A stretch of 58,819 nt of DNA, filler included, from Dirinaria sp. TL-2023a (lineage: Eukaryota), in the NCBI GenBank assembly GCA_051941275.1. It is 7 parts of 7 records of this genome, joined end to end, with 100 filler letters (N's around TTAATTAATTAA, not from the genome) between each part and the next. Parts side by side here need not be neighbours in the genome. Positions count along the whole stretch, not along the records: positions 8,435 to 16,765 come from JAVEBF010001200.1; positions 16,866 to 25,194 come from JAVEBF010001201.1; 5 more parts are not named here. The stretch is one strand, 5' to 3'. The translations under genes and the position numbers were made by a program. This document shows, one piece after another, positions 9,025 to 21,668 of this stretch (its first letter is position 1; each line of letters opens with the position of its first letter). Under the pieces are notes generated by a model. That model saw only the letters and a list, made by a program, of their open reading frames with translations. It was not told the DNA's origin and did not search any database.

Positions 9025-10896
9025 TCAACGAAGCATCTCGTCAATGTCAACCCTCCTCCTCTTCTTCTTACGCCCGCTCTGTGGACTGCCTTTCACTGGG
9101 CTTGCCTTGCTGGAAGATCGTCCGTTCCTGTGGTCTTCCTTCTTGCTGTCGTGCATTCCTGAGCCCGAAGTGCGTATTGGTGGCAATTGCAGATGTGCTG
9201 GAATACTGGTGGCTTCGTCATTGCGCCCTCTTTCGCTTCGCAGATGCTCAGGGCTCGTAGAGAGCCGATTCACGATGTACGGCATTGCAGCGTCTTTTGG
9301 GGGCGAGCGTTGGCTGTATTGTCCGACACTTAGACTATGTGATGGTTGCAGCTCCAATGATTGACCATGAGAAAATGTGGGTGACATTAATGGCAGGTGC
9401 TCGTTATACGAGTACGAGCGGACATGAGTTCCATTCGGCTGCACGGTTTTTGGGGGTTGGCGATCCAGAAGAGGAGCCCGCGTGGCCTGGGTTGGGGGGG
9501 AAGACAGTTGTTGATTACGCAGTCCCTCGGTTAGGCTGGGCGAAAGGACTCCCCTAGAGGTGTCTGGCCCCTGGATTAAGGTGAGAACAATGAAATGAAC
9601 GCCTGCCTCCGCCAGGGAGATTGAAATAGGGAATCCTCGGGACTGGTCCTTAGGGAGCCGGAAAGTCAAATATTCAGACCTCGTATGAAAACCAGCCGTA
9701 GCACGCCCTACATCGAGATTCTCAATCGCGGGCATGGATGCCCAAGAATCATACCTTCCATGAATGGGAGGGAGACGTGCTGCGTCAAGCAGCTCGGCTC
9801 GCAGCATGTTTTGCAGCCGATAGATTTTCTCTCTCTCAGAGGGAACAACGAGATCCACAAGATTCTGAGTCCTTGCATTGAAAGTCAAAGCCAAGGCTTG
9901 AGCAAAAGCAGAATTATGCTGGGCGACAACAAGGTCTGGTGTCAACAAAACAGTGGGAACAGAGTCCGAAAGGTAGAGCGGTGCACGAGAAGCTTGATGA
10001 CCTTGAACGTATTGCGCGTGGCCGTAGCCAGGGCCGGAAGTCTTTGGCCGCTGATCATGATTGCTGGCAAGGCCTGGTTGAGAGCGCAATTCCCGATAGG
10101 ATTTCGATCGAGGGCGCCCCGGTTGGGGAACAGTGATGATACCGCCTCGATTACTGAAATCCTCAACCTGCGTATAGCCTGTGCCAAAGGCTGCTTCTGG
10201 AAGGTTGTCTTCCTCTCGCAGTCGTGGTCTGCCACGCTTTTTGTGCTGGACATCAACACAGCTTGACTACGCAGGATCAGCTTTCTCGCTCACCCAGGGG
10301 AGTATTGCAAAATAGAGCGTACCTGTTTCCCCGTTTGAATGCAGCGGTTACAAGGACGTTTCGTCTCGCACGCCAAGTGCTTTCGCTTACAGTTGACGCA
10401 TGCAGAAGGTACATGCGCTTTGGCCCTTCTCGCGACACCGGGTGCCCCCGACGTCAAGTGCTGACTTTCAGGAGAATTCGTGGCATTCGAGGATAGCTCG
10501 TGGTGGGCTTCTTCGCGCAGTGCTGGAACACCAGAGCCGGACTGCACGGAGACTCTGGATGTCCTCGAGGCACCAATGCCAGAGCTGCTCGGTGGTGTGC
10601 TTAGGCCCAAAGGCTGGTCATTATACCTTACCTTGGGATTTGGGCGTAACTGGGAGCTGGCAGGACTATGCTTGCCCGACTCTGACCTGCCGGACTTGGA
10701 GGAATCTGAGTGCTTCCGATGATAACTGAAATGATGCTGAGGTGCGTTCGCAAACCTAGATTGAATAGGCGATGCTGACATAGGCGGAGACAAGTAGTAC
10801 CCTGATGACGGCAGATCTCGAGGTTCCGAGATCGGCGGTAGATGAATCTTCAGCTGTTGACAGTTGAGAGCGCACCGTGGAGAAGATACCAGCATT
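9025..10896 (-). CDS. Zn(II)2Cys6 transcription factor with a PAS-like central region
   Basis: ACVNCKRKHLACETKRPCNRCIQTGKQ / intron 10267-10322 / SSCVDVQHKKRGRPR completes the six-Cys cluster; long exon 2 to stop at 9025. Start uncertain (10896 or 10934). Confidence 0.85.
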
Positions 10897-13662
10897 GGAT
10901 GATTACGGTGGTTCGGCTCGTTCAGTGATTGCATTTGGCTGAGTTCAAGGCTCGGATGGTGCCCAAGTAAAGCCTCAGGATCCAAGACCAGCAGCAACAA
11001 AGGTGAAGGTGTTCCTTGCTTGAGTGCTTCTTCCCCTGAATCTCCCGCTGAATGTGCTCTCGGAGCGAGTCGCGAGAAGCTCGGCAAGGTCGTTTAAATT
11101 CCTTGTAGAGGCAACCTGACGGCGAACAAAATCAAAACTGAACCATATGACAACCAATAATTGAAGCTCCGAGGAACGGTTCCGGAGTAAGAGCAAGTGT
11201 TCGCGCTACGAGGACTTTTATATACTTTTTTGCGCTTTCCCCGAGTACTTATCATCGGGTTATTGCAAAGTTGAGACGACTCCACAAAACGTCCAAGCAC
11301 CAACACATTAGACTCGGAGAGCCATTATTGCTATTACTTGAGGAAATTTGGGCGATACTGTGTCGGCGGATGACAGATTGGCGCCATAATTTGAGGACGA
11401 ATAGATTGAGGAACAGAACTCAGAACCTGACCCAGGACTGGCGCAGCAATCGCAAGGTCTTCGCGTGCTAAGACGGACGCAAATTTCTATCTGTGCAATG
11501 GGTATTTCTGGTCCATCGGGGCCCCGAGGTAGCAGAGCCGCTGCCAATCATCGAAACATAGGGCTGGCATGAGGGTTTCATCGAGATGCGAATGATCCGA
11601 CACAACACAATCTTTCGGAGATTTACTACAGCTGTTGCCGCAAAAGCACCTCGTGGCAAGGCTATCAAAATTTGATCACTGCTAGAGCCTTAGGGCGCTA
11701 TGGCTGGCGTGACTATCATTTGAATTTCTTCGAAGGACTCCGTGCACCCGGCTAAAGCAGGATTATTGAGGCCCGTGCAAGCTCGAAAGAACTCATGGTT
11801 TATGTATGATAAGGTCAATTTTTTGGAACTGATTAAACCCCAATCCAACCACGGTCCAATCATCTTTTTCGCGGTGGAGGCGATCACTCCGCGCTCACCG
11901 TCTCACCACATCAAGAACAGTCCGAGTAAGAAGGCAAAGCTTGGGATCAATACACCCATTGGCCACAGGGAGTGGCTGGTGATGCCTTCTGGGATCGGAA
12001 CAATGGAAGCGCCCGACTATCCGCTCAACAGCCGAGATCACCGATTTGGCCTCCACGTATCGGAAGCTCCTTGCTCTGGGTTGGCAGGGGACGTTCCGTC
12101 CTTGAAGTAGTAGCGCAGCGCTGCTTCAGCAGATTACTCGTGACTTTTTGGGGGAGAAACGTGACGAAACGTGACGTGCTATGGCTGTGCGCTGTCAAGT
12201 AGCCAGGAGCAAGATTGACTTTTCCAATCGGATAGAGGATGGCAAGCTCCGTAAAATGATACTGCAAGTTGCTCATTCATCGCGAGGCTAATGACAGGGG
12301 AGAGGATCGTACATCAGGCCCTGGGTAGGATCAACAGAGTTCACCTCGTACATTGAACACGCCGACTACTGCTGCAGTGGGTTGGGCCCTGCAGTGGGGA
12401 GTGTCTGTGTTGTTTCTTGGATTGACAGTGGGTTTTTCTTTTTTTTTCTCTCCTTCGTATATGGAGTTATTTAGTAGGACCGAATATGCTGAAACGAGGC
12501 GCGTGAGATTATGTGGTGCGCTTATCGGAATGTCGGATCGACACATGTCGCTTTTCTAAAAGGGGACGCCGATCATCTGAAACTGCCCCAACCTGGTTAC
12601 GGTCTACCTCAAGGTAGCCTTGACATAAAGGTATTATTATTATTACGGTAGGGTGTAGGTACCTAGTTCATCTCGTTGGAGAGCAAACAGCCTCGAGGAG
12701 TCGAGGCCGAGAGATGGATCCTTGGCAATCTTTGCTAGTGATTTGCTAGCCAGTCATCTATGCCGATTTTGGACTTGACGTGATTTTGGTCGTTATTTTG
12801 GTTTTCATGTCGGTTCAAGATTCAAGACAGCCAATTAACCGGGTTATAGGTACATAGTCTAATGTGTAACTGGTGTGAGAGAGTGCAGCGATGCAGCAAG
12901 GCACCCTGCGATATGTGGGCCAGTGGAGCTTTTTGCGCACTAGGCCTAAGCTTGTCTGATTGTTTTCCCATGGCCCTCATCCTACCTTAGGTACCTTAGT
13001 CCTAGCACAAGACTGGCGTGTCTGGGGGGGGCAAGCATCATTTTTCATTCAAATGCGGGACCGGCTTCGAATCCGGGAATTGTTTCGAGATTGGAAGATT
13101 GCAGGGATGTGTCGGAGAATTTTGCACCTCATATAGAGCAAGAGATCGATCAGCGCTTGAAAGCATGTTGCTAGGAAATGCATACACGGTCCAGCAGGAG
13201 GTCATATCTCGTCGTCGCCATTGTTTCATGAAATGCAGGCCATTGGTCACGTTGGCATGCTTCCGTCGGAAATACTGGCAAAATTGCTTCCCATTTTGGG
13301 ATCGGTCGCGAATCGAATTATTTCTCGCTGCATCATCCAAGAAGCCTGTCGGATCAATCGTACAGAAACCGTTTTATGTGCATTTGCTTTGGTCTGTTGT
13401 CTCACAGGGAACAGGTCGTTTGCCGACATAGCATACGGTACGTCGTCCGAAGAGAACGCGACAGCTATCCTGGCTGTTGTGTGAATGATCATTGTCGATG
13501 CTGTCTCATATGAGTCGTAAATCTGGGGCAGGCCGGACACGTGTATGCAGAGAAGGAAACTCTATGCTTAAGCTCGGGCGCTGAGAGGATTCTGGATTGT
13601 TCCTTCGCTGTACCTAACGTTTTGCCAAGCGCGCGCCTTATTGGCCGCTACATGAGATTTGA

Positions 13663-15244
13663 TCAGAATCTCCGGAATCTCCAATTTTGAGTGTTTCCTA
13701 CTTCGTCCAGGATAACTTCCTGTACCTTTTCCCTTACCCCACTTACTTTGCCAGCAACTCCACTGATCCCGGATTCCATCTCTCGCAACACGGCGGCCAA
13801 TTCCTTCACTTGGTCCTCAACGCTTTTCGAGCCACCTTCTTCTCCGTGAGCGAATATCAATTGTTGCATCCTGTTTACCATGCTGACTTCAAGGCCGTCC
13901 AGATAAGCCTGAACCTCACTCATGCGGCCTTTATGACTGTTTAATGTTTTGGTTAATTCATCCGCCTGGTTTGAGAAGTAAGATAGGAGACTGGTGGGTG
14001 CTCCTTCCACGTCGTCATCAATCAATGAAGGAGCAGTCAAGTGAGACGTGCCGGGAGCGTACCAGGCAGTAGAACGCTGAAACTGCTGTGGCAGTCTCAA
14101 TGTTGCAACGGCGTTGAAGCTTAATTTGGCATTCGAAGCATCTGCATTGCTCAGCTTCTTGACTTCGTCTATAGCCTGTGCATCATTTTCAAGCGCTTGC
14201 TGTACAGCATCGAGTGCCGTCTGGCAATTTTCTACTTCATTTGGGACAGGCCTCGAAGCATCTTCAACATCCTTAATTGCTGTTTCGCATTCGCTTTGAA
14301 ACCTCATCTGGTCAAGGACAAAATTATCAATGTTTTCAATGATCTTCTGGAGCTCTTCGTGCAGATCATTGAAGCGGGTCGTCGGTCTTAGTTCGTTGAC
14401 ACTGACCCGTACGCCAGGTACTGTCTGCTGCTGCTGGCTTAGTTGTCCAATGCTGCTGGTAAAAATAGAAGGTGCCGATGGAGCTTGAGGCTGTGTTTGG
14501 GTTTGTGCTTGAGGTTGGGTTATAGTTGATCCACTGCTACCGTAAGCTTTGACCTAATGTACATACGTAACAGCTAGAATGGGATCAGTAGACCTACAAT
14601 AGTGGGGTTGGCTTCTGTTGAGAACTTGGGTTGCCAAAGATGCCGCTACTGCGAGCTTGTGAAGCTTGGTTTTGCATCTGACCAAGGGAACCAAAGAGTC
14701 CCCCACTCTGGTTTTGTGTATTCCCAATAACACTATTACTTTGTGCCGAGAGGCTCCCAGAAAGTCCTGTGCCTTGGTTTTGCTGGTTGCTCGACCCCTG
14801 AGCGCCGGAAAGGCCTGCGCCAAATATATTGTTACTTTGCTGAGGTTGGGCTGCTGTTGACGGCGTACCGAGCAAGCCCCCGCCTTGCGTCGTGCCTGCT
14901 GTGCCGAAAAGACCGCTGCCCTGCGATTGAGATGTGGTTGTGGTTGGACCAAACAAACCTCCACCGGAATTAGTGTTTGCCGTGCCAAAAAGGGTATTCC
15001 CAGTCGATTGAACCGCTGGATTAGACGAGCCAAAGCCCGTCGACTTCGGTTGTTGCTGTTGCTGTAAGGAGCCGAAGAGCCCTCCAGACTTTGGTGGCTG
15101 ACTAGAGCTATTGGCACCTCTGTTTAAAGGGAGTTAGCAGTCGCGAAGGGCATTAATATACGGAGTAGGCGCTCACAACGCATTCGCTGAGCTGGTGTTT
15201 ATGCTCAGGCCCCCAGGCCCTGACTGAGTACGGGAACCGAACAT
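13663..15244 (-). CDS. NUP49: GLFG nucleoporin Nup49/Nup58-like
   Basis: GGLFG/NIFG repeats, then ELRPTTRFNDLHEELQKII and a coiled-coil C-terminus; two introns; ATG at 15244 (MFGSRTQSG). Confidence 0.85.
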
Positions 15245-15439
15245 TCTCGCTTTTCTGCGATTGTTCGGTAAGGACTGTGTGGAGTGCGGTACATAAATAA
15301 TAATGTACAGAGAACGCGGTCGAGTGTACCCAATGAAGCCGAGGCAATGCTCTAACCGAAGGAGGAAGCTTAAGCGAGAAAGCAACTACGCGTCACGCAA
15401 GACTCAAATATATACTCTCAACAAGCTTGTGCTGCAAGT

Positions 15440-16585
15440 ATGGAAGAAGAGGAAGACGAGGACATCTACGCGCCTACAGACATTGACAATGGGTCAAGTG
15501 CCAGGATGGATGGAGTGGACACTTCAGCTGTCGCCCACACAGCCGGCGCAGACCTAGAAGAAGGCGAGGAGGAGGGTGAGGAAGTGGAGGAGGATGACAC
15601 TGACTCGGTATCGCTTAGCAAACTACGCTCTTCGCAATTTTTCAAAGTTTGCTGACAGTTGATAGGATATCGATATAATTACAGAGCGAAAAGATGTGCC
15701 CAAGCCTGAACCGGGGTATAAATGCGCCCATGCTTTCGATCGAACACGCATTGACTGAAGCGCTAGTCAGACTCAGCGGTCAAACACAGTAAAGCCGTCC
15801 GCTGTGAAAGGAGTAGCCAGCGAGCATGCTCGACCGTCGCCATCTCCAACAATCAAGATCGAAGCGCAAAGTAGACCGACAGCAACACCACCACGTTCAG
15901 GCGCTTCATATCCAGCTGTTAGGACTTCGAAGATAGATGTGGATGTAAAACCTGTGTACGAGGCTAATGGCAAGCCTATCACACAGATTGACATGGATGC
16001 GGGTATTTCCTATCTCAATGCATCGTCCGACTCGTTCGAAGCTCACCGACGTGCCTGTTAGACTTTCCGGAAGATGATAAACCGTGGCGACGGCCTGGCA
16101 CCGATATGACCGATTATTTCAATTATGGCTTTGACGAATTTACATGGGCTAGCTACTGCCTGAAGCAAGAGTCGGTTCGCAAGGAGGTCGCCGACTCCAA
16201 AAAGCAAATGGATGACATGCAAAGCTTCCTAGCAATGCCCGGAGGGATGGCTGGAATGCCAGGAGCCGCCTCGGGAGCCATGCCAAATATCGGCGCGCCA
16301 GCGGACATGCCGCCAGAAATGGCACAGATGATGCAACAGATGATGGCAACAGGCATGGATCCCTCACAGATGAGTCCGGAAATGTTCATGCAGTATATGA
16401 TGCAAGGCGGTCAAAATGCTGGTGGGCAAGGTGGCATGGGAGGAGCGCAAGGCTACGGACAACAAGGGCAGGGCCACCAGCAAAATTATGGATATGGTGG
16501 TGGTGGGAGTGGTGGCGGCGGGACAGGATGGCTCCTTCAAGGGCGGCAGTTCACGTCCGCGATGATCCTCTGGGCGCTGCAGTGA
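15440..16585 (+). CDS. FIP1: Pre-mRNA polyadenylation factor Fip1; 3' end replaced by foreign sequence after ~16522
   Basis: Acidic N-terminus, Fip1 motif [31 protein letters not shown]-rich tail; three introns. Confidence 0.92.
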
Positions 16586-16765
16586 TATCTGGCTTTTTCG
16601 ATCAGCTGCCGCCACCTCGCTTCGATGCTGTCCGATCTTGGTATCATCATCGATCACACTCCCCTGTTCCGTTGGGCGCAGGCCCATGCCGCCAGGCTGG
16701 AACAACGGGTCCGGCGTCATCTGCGCCTGTGCATCGGATCCTGTCGGGTGGATGCGACCTACATC
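16536..16765 (+). mobile_element. Degenerate bacterial IS6-family transposase N-terminal fragment
   Basis: FK(G)[73 protein letters not shown] parallels the IS6 pattern FKGRQF...ILWAVRWYL...SYRDL..ML..RG..VDHTT..RWVQ.YAP..EKR.R......SWRVDETYI. It has a frameshift and a stop, is GC-rich and intronless. Confidence 0.9.
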
Positions 16766-16865
16766 NNNNNNNNNNNNNNNNNNNNNNNNNNNNNNNNNNN
16801 NNNNNNNNNTTAATTAATTAANNNNNNNNNNNNNNNNNNNNNNNNNNNNNNNNNNNNNNNNNNNN
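16766..16865. other. Artificial contig spacer
   Basis: N44-TTAATTAATTAA-N44. Confidence 0.99.
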
Positions 16866-17308
16866 ATTTTATAGATATGGTTCTCGTCACATCAAGCATG
16901 TTGCATCGCGTTTCGAGTCATGGTTTTAGCTGTTGCGCCCGAATATAATTGGGTTTTCTATGTCATGCCCAAGAAGGAGGCCTGTTTACCGAGCGAGCCA
17001 AGAATAAATAGCTCCTTTTTTTTTAAAAAAAAAAAGAAAAAATTTGACAAAACAAAAACAAGCCAGACATATCATGCAAGCTACTTAGAGCTCCAGAAAA
17101 ACGCTCAGGACTATGCATTGGAAAGAGGCAGGGCAGTGTAGAGCCCACACCGCCTGAAGCCAAATTGGTTATCTGAGGAGAGAAGAAAGAACTACCTTTA
17201 CGGCAAAATGCCAATTTCGTTTTTTTTTTTCTCGGCCAAGATGGGTAGGAGGTGGTGGGTTAGCAGCGATCGGAAGTCACTCAATCAAGCAAAAAATGGG
17301 TTCTGACT

Positions 17309-19741
17309 TTATACGACCTTCAGCCTGGAAGGATTCGAACTGTTGTCATCGGCGGTGCCCTACAAAACAGAAGCTTTGTGGTCAGGAACATTGTACCGGT
17401 CAATCTGATGAAAATGCATGGGGTGATACTTACACCTCCTCCCTTTCGTTTTCCCAGCACCGAGTCGGGCGTCGATGTCCGCATTGGTGTATTCCCGCCC
17501 TCACTCTTCAATTCTACATACTCGGAAGCGTGGTAGACCCGGGTCCCAACTTTGACTGCGTCTTTCCAGACCCAGTCGCTAATGCTGTCATCATACGATT
17601 TTTGGAAATGCTCTTGGCATATGGGGCATGGAGCGTTAGCCAGGGCATGATCATCAGGCACGAGGATATATTGATTCTTGGGGTCCTTTTGAGCTGCCTC
17701 GGCTGCTGCGGCAGCTTGTGCCTGAGAGCCTTTTGCTCCGCCAGGCATCACATCTTCGCCTTCCTCAGTCGTCTCTTGCCATCTAATCCACTCCTAAGAG
17801 CCACATTAGTACCACAAAACCTGGTCTCAAACGCGACTAGATCAAAATAACGTACCAGTTCCGACACATACCAACTCCGACTCTGGCCTCGTTTGGCGGC
17901 GTCTTCTCGCTTGATGCGTATTCGAAAATGCCAGTCAAGATGCCGCTCCTTCTTTTTCTTTCCTTCAGGCGTAGACAGGAACCGCTTTCCACAGGTGGAA
18001 CACTGGTTTGGGAATGCTTGGTATAATGATGCGATCAGATGCGGTTGGGGTCTGGCGTCTGTTAGTAACGTTTATATCGGTGGCGAACGAAAGGATGTAC
18101 ATCTTCAATGACGCTGATGTTAGCTCTACGTCGTTCTTCGGTGCAGCTGTGGCCGGCTGTTCTGTAGTCGGAACGGCGTTGTTCGCATTTGTTTTCAGGC
18201 CTTGCGGATTGGGGTATTGGTTTGGTGGCGACTGGTTCACAGCGCTATTGACGGGAATACTCCCTTCGGGCGGTAGTACGCCGGCAGCCCGTAATGATGC
18301 AATGAGTGAGGAAGGTTGCGCAGGTGCTACAGGTGCCGGCTCTGAAGCAACAGGAGGGGGGCTATATTCAGGTGAAGGTGGAGGTATAGGAGGCTGCACG
18401 ATCCCTTGTGGAGGCGCTGACTGCTGTGCTGTGACAGAAGCCAAAAGGTCAGCCAAAGCATTCGATCCCAGAAGGCTGGAAATATCCGGCTGTGGCGGAC
18501 TTATTGGCGGAGGAAGACCGGACGTTGCCGGAGGAGGGCTATAATGTGATGACGTTGGGGTGGAAACATATGTAGAGGGGCTCATTGGAGGGACATAGGG
18601 CGCCGGAGCCGGTGGAGGAGTAGCTGTATAGTGACCTTGAACAGGTGTCGATGGGGGTATGACTGCGATCTGTGCAAGTTGAGCTCGGATCCCCTCAATG
18701 TTCGGAACGTCTTGGGTCCGCAATATTGTCTGAAGTTGCAGCAGAGCTTGCAACTTCGTCCTCGTATCCGAATCACCAACGTTAGTCGCAAACGAGTTCT
18801 TATAGTAATCGATGAGGTTGTTGATATCCCTGAAGAGTGCTTCTAGGGCCGGTGAATTTTGTGCGGGTGGCTGGTAGGCCGGCTGGCCCGGATACTGTGC
18901 TTGCGACGGGGGAGGATAATGTTGCTGAATTGTTGCCGGTCCGCCGGGTGGTGGAGAATGCTGTGGGTGGCCCTGATATAAATTTAAAGACTAATATGAG
19001 TGAGCAATGAGCATTCGAACATGTCGGACTACGTATGGCTTACTTGGGCATGGCCATTCATCACTGGCTGTGGGGGATAATTGTGCATAGGAGGCTGTTG
19101 ATAGCGATTGTAATTTTGCGGAGGGGTTGGAGTATTGCGCAAAGGCGCCCCCATAGGGCGCCCAGCTCTGAATAGATCTTGCTGGTTCTTCTGTTGCATC
19201 TGAACGTGCATCGTCCGCCATTTAATCAAGGCATTCTCGATGGGCCGTATTATTTCAGGAGCAAACACAGGCCTCGAGTCTAATGATCCAGGCACTGGCT
19301 GTTTCCACGTAACAAGCATCTCATCAAGCTTCTTGCGGACGCCAGCATGCACTAGACTGTACGCACCCATAAAAGTCTTGAACAGATCTCTGCCCAGAAA
19401 GATGGTGTATGGTGTACCAACATTCTTCACTATCGAATCGAGGACGTAGAGAGCGGGGAGCTTGCGTTCCGAAGTCGTCTGAGACTCTATTAGCTTGGTT
19501 CTCCCGGAATAGATGAATCGATCGCGGTGCAATGCTTGACGGGGTCTGCAAGTCCTCGCCTGCTCAGACTTACTGTACGGATGTGGTTTTCTAAGACTTT
19601 GGAGATTGCCATGGCATGCTCAGTGTTCTCGCGCGCGATAACAGTAAGGTTGTTAATCTCCCACCTAGTATTGGTCACGAGGTCTTCCAGAGAGCTTTTA
19701 TAGTCTTCAGCTACCTCGTCAGATGCCGGAGCGACAGACAT
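17309..19741 (-). CDS. PCF11: mRNA cleavage factor Pcf11
   Basis: CID domain (DYKSSLEDL, KLPALYVLDSIVKNVGTPY), Pro-rich middle, and zinc-finger parts (QCSTCGKRF...HLDWHF; CPICQEHF...WVWKDAV...YHAS); multiple introns. Confidence 0.92.
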
Positions 19742-20432
19742 GACGGAAAGTGCAGGGCCCGGTGTAAAGGGGACCACGGGTTTGGACTTCGAAGAAAAGA
19801 AATTGCAGAGATGTCAGGATCAGAAGCACAAAGCCACAGCGCAAACGCCAGAGAAGAGAGCTTTGTTTCAGTAGGACGTGAAACGAATCTGTTCAATAGT
19901 TTGGCACGTCCCCACAATGGGTATTACCACTATTGTTTGAGTGGCGGCTATCTAACCCTCCGCAGTGAAGCCTGTTTATGCCATCGCTAATTAGACATCC
20001 CCACCTTCACCAGCAGCCGATCCATTACCACCACGAGACAGAGTGTTGTTGCGAACTGTAGCCCAATGCTACCATGGACGGGATTATGGAGACGTTGTTC
20101 AGCCCAAGCTTGATGGCAGGAAGACAAACGAGCTAGGTTTTAAAGAATGGAGAAGGGCAGGTATGATCTAGGTAGTCCTCAACCTGTCTCGAAAGGGTTC
20201 ACTGAATATGTGAAGGTGAAGTAGGTAGAGAAGCCGCTCTATTTAATGTCCAAGGTAAGGTAATGTACCTTACTGCTTTTGTGCTAGTTCAGCCGAGTCC
20301 GGTTAGCGAGACTGTTCCCTCGAGCCGCTTAGTCACCATCCTGGCATGAAACGAAACGTCAAGGTCAAGCGGCTTTGTTCACTGTCTTGTCCATCATCAG
20401 CTCCAATAGCTCATCCATCCACCGCCCGCATC

Positions 20433-20889
20433 ATGAAGTTAAGCAATCTCTACGCAATCTCCGCAGGGCTAGCTTTAGGCGTCACAGCGGCCTCACCGCA
20501 GAAGCAAGTCCTAATCACCTATCCGACTGATACACCTGAATCGGCACTCATCCAAGCAAAGAACTCTATAGAGAGCGGCGTAAGCATGGCGGACCCAGCT
20601 ATACGGCTGTTGCTAACGCAATCACATTCAGGGTGGGCAGATACTACATGAATTTGGTGGGTTTTCTGGTTCAAAGCTTCGTTAAGCAAAGCAGCTGACG
20701 GGTCTGGAATAATGTAGAACTTCTGAAGTAAGCTCTCGTTAGGCCTCGAAAACCCTCTGGGCATGCTTCTAACCGCTCGTTAGGGGTTTCATAGTCAAGG
20801 CTTCCGAACACGCAATCGAATCTATCCATGCGCTTTCCGAAGAATACAAACCTTTGATCGAGGAAGACCAGACTGTCACCACCCAATAA
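20433..20889 (+). CDS. Small secreted peptidase-inhibitor I9 (subtilisin-propeptide-like) protein
   Basis: Signal peptide MKLSNLYAISAGLALGVTAA. Spliced product ...KNSIESG/GGQILHEF/ELLK/GFIVKA...IEEDQTVTTQ* fits the I9 pattern; three introns including a 10-nt exon at 20718-20727. Confidence 0.8.
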
Positions 20890-21668
20890 ACAGCTATCGT
20901 GACGAGGTATGGGGCTTGTGAGTCATTTGTGTTTCACGATCCACGGGTCCACCAAACACAAAACCTCAATTGTGGAAAACGAGACGTTATCATCGAATAC
21001 TATACCTTCCAAAGTAGGATTCTGTGAGCTTTTCACGAGCTCCGTGGTCTGCAATGATGCTTCAGGCGTAACGCGCAATAGACACTTCGCTGCCTTAGGA
21101 GGTTGTGATGCATTTGTCGGAGCAGGGCCTTCTTTATTGCGCTTGTACTGTACTGCCAACCACCACTATGCAGACCTCAAACAAGCATACGTCTCGCCAG
21201 GACGAGGTGGCCTTGGAAGGCCAGGCGTGAAGTCTTCCCAAAGTAAGCACTTGGTGATAGACGGGTTGGAAGTTTGGACAGTCGCAGCGCATTTGGGAAG
21301 ATCTTAGACATGCCTTCGTAGTAATGCAATTCATGAGATGCTTTGCCGAGCGATCCCCTAGTTCCGAAGGAGGCGAGAATGTGTGAGTACGCGAAATTCT
21401 TTCGGAACAATAATGAACAATGATAATAGACTCGCGCGGGACTGCAGCTTTTATCAGATCGCGCTAGTGCGGGACCTCGGAGGCTTGAGGGACAGGGATA
21501 ATTCAACATTCATTGTTTCGCGCCGCGTTCGTCAAACCACAAACCCTTCTGCTTCCAGATGCAGTGTTGGCATCGCCAAAATGAGTATTACGGAGTTATC
21601 GATTGATGTTTTACATCTAACAATTACTCCTTGGTCCAACTCCTGTCCTACCGAACATTACATACGGC

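Noticed and set aside
11100..13600. Many short ORFs upstream of the Zn-cluster gene
   Set aside because: No motifs or consistent splice pattern; best read as a long regulatory/UTR region. A GAAACGTGAC x2 repeat at 12156-12175 is weak evidence only.
15440..19741. FIP1 next to PCF11 (plus NUP49 and SF3B1) as an mRNA-processing gene cluster
   Set aside because: FIP1, PCF11 and SF3B1 lie on different length-sorted contigs; the adjacency is an artefact.
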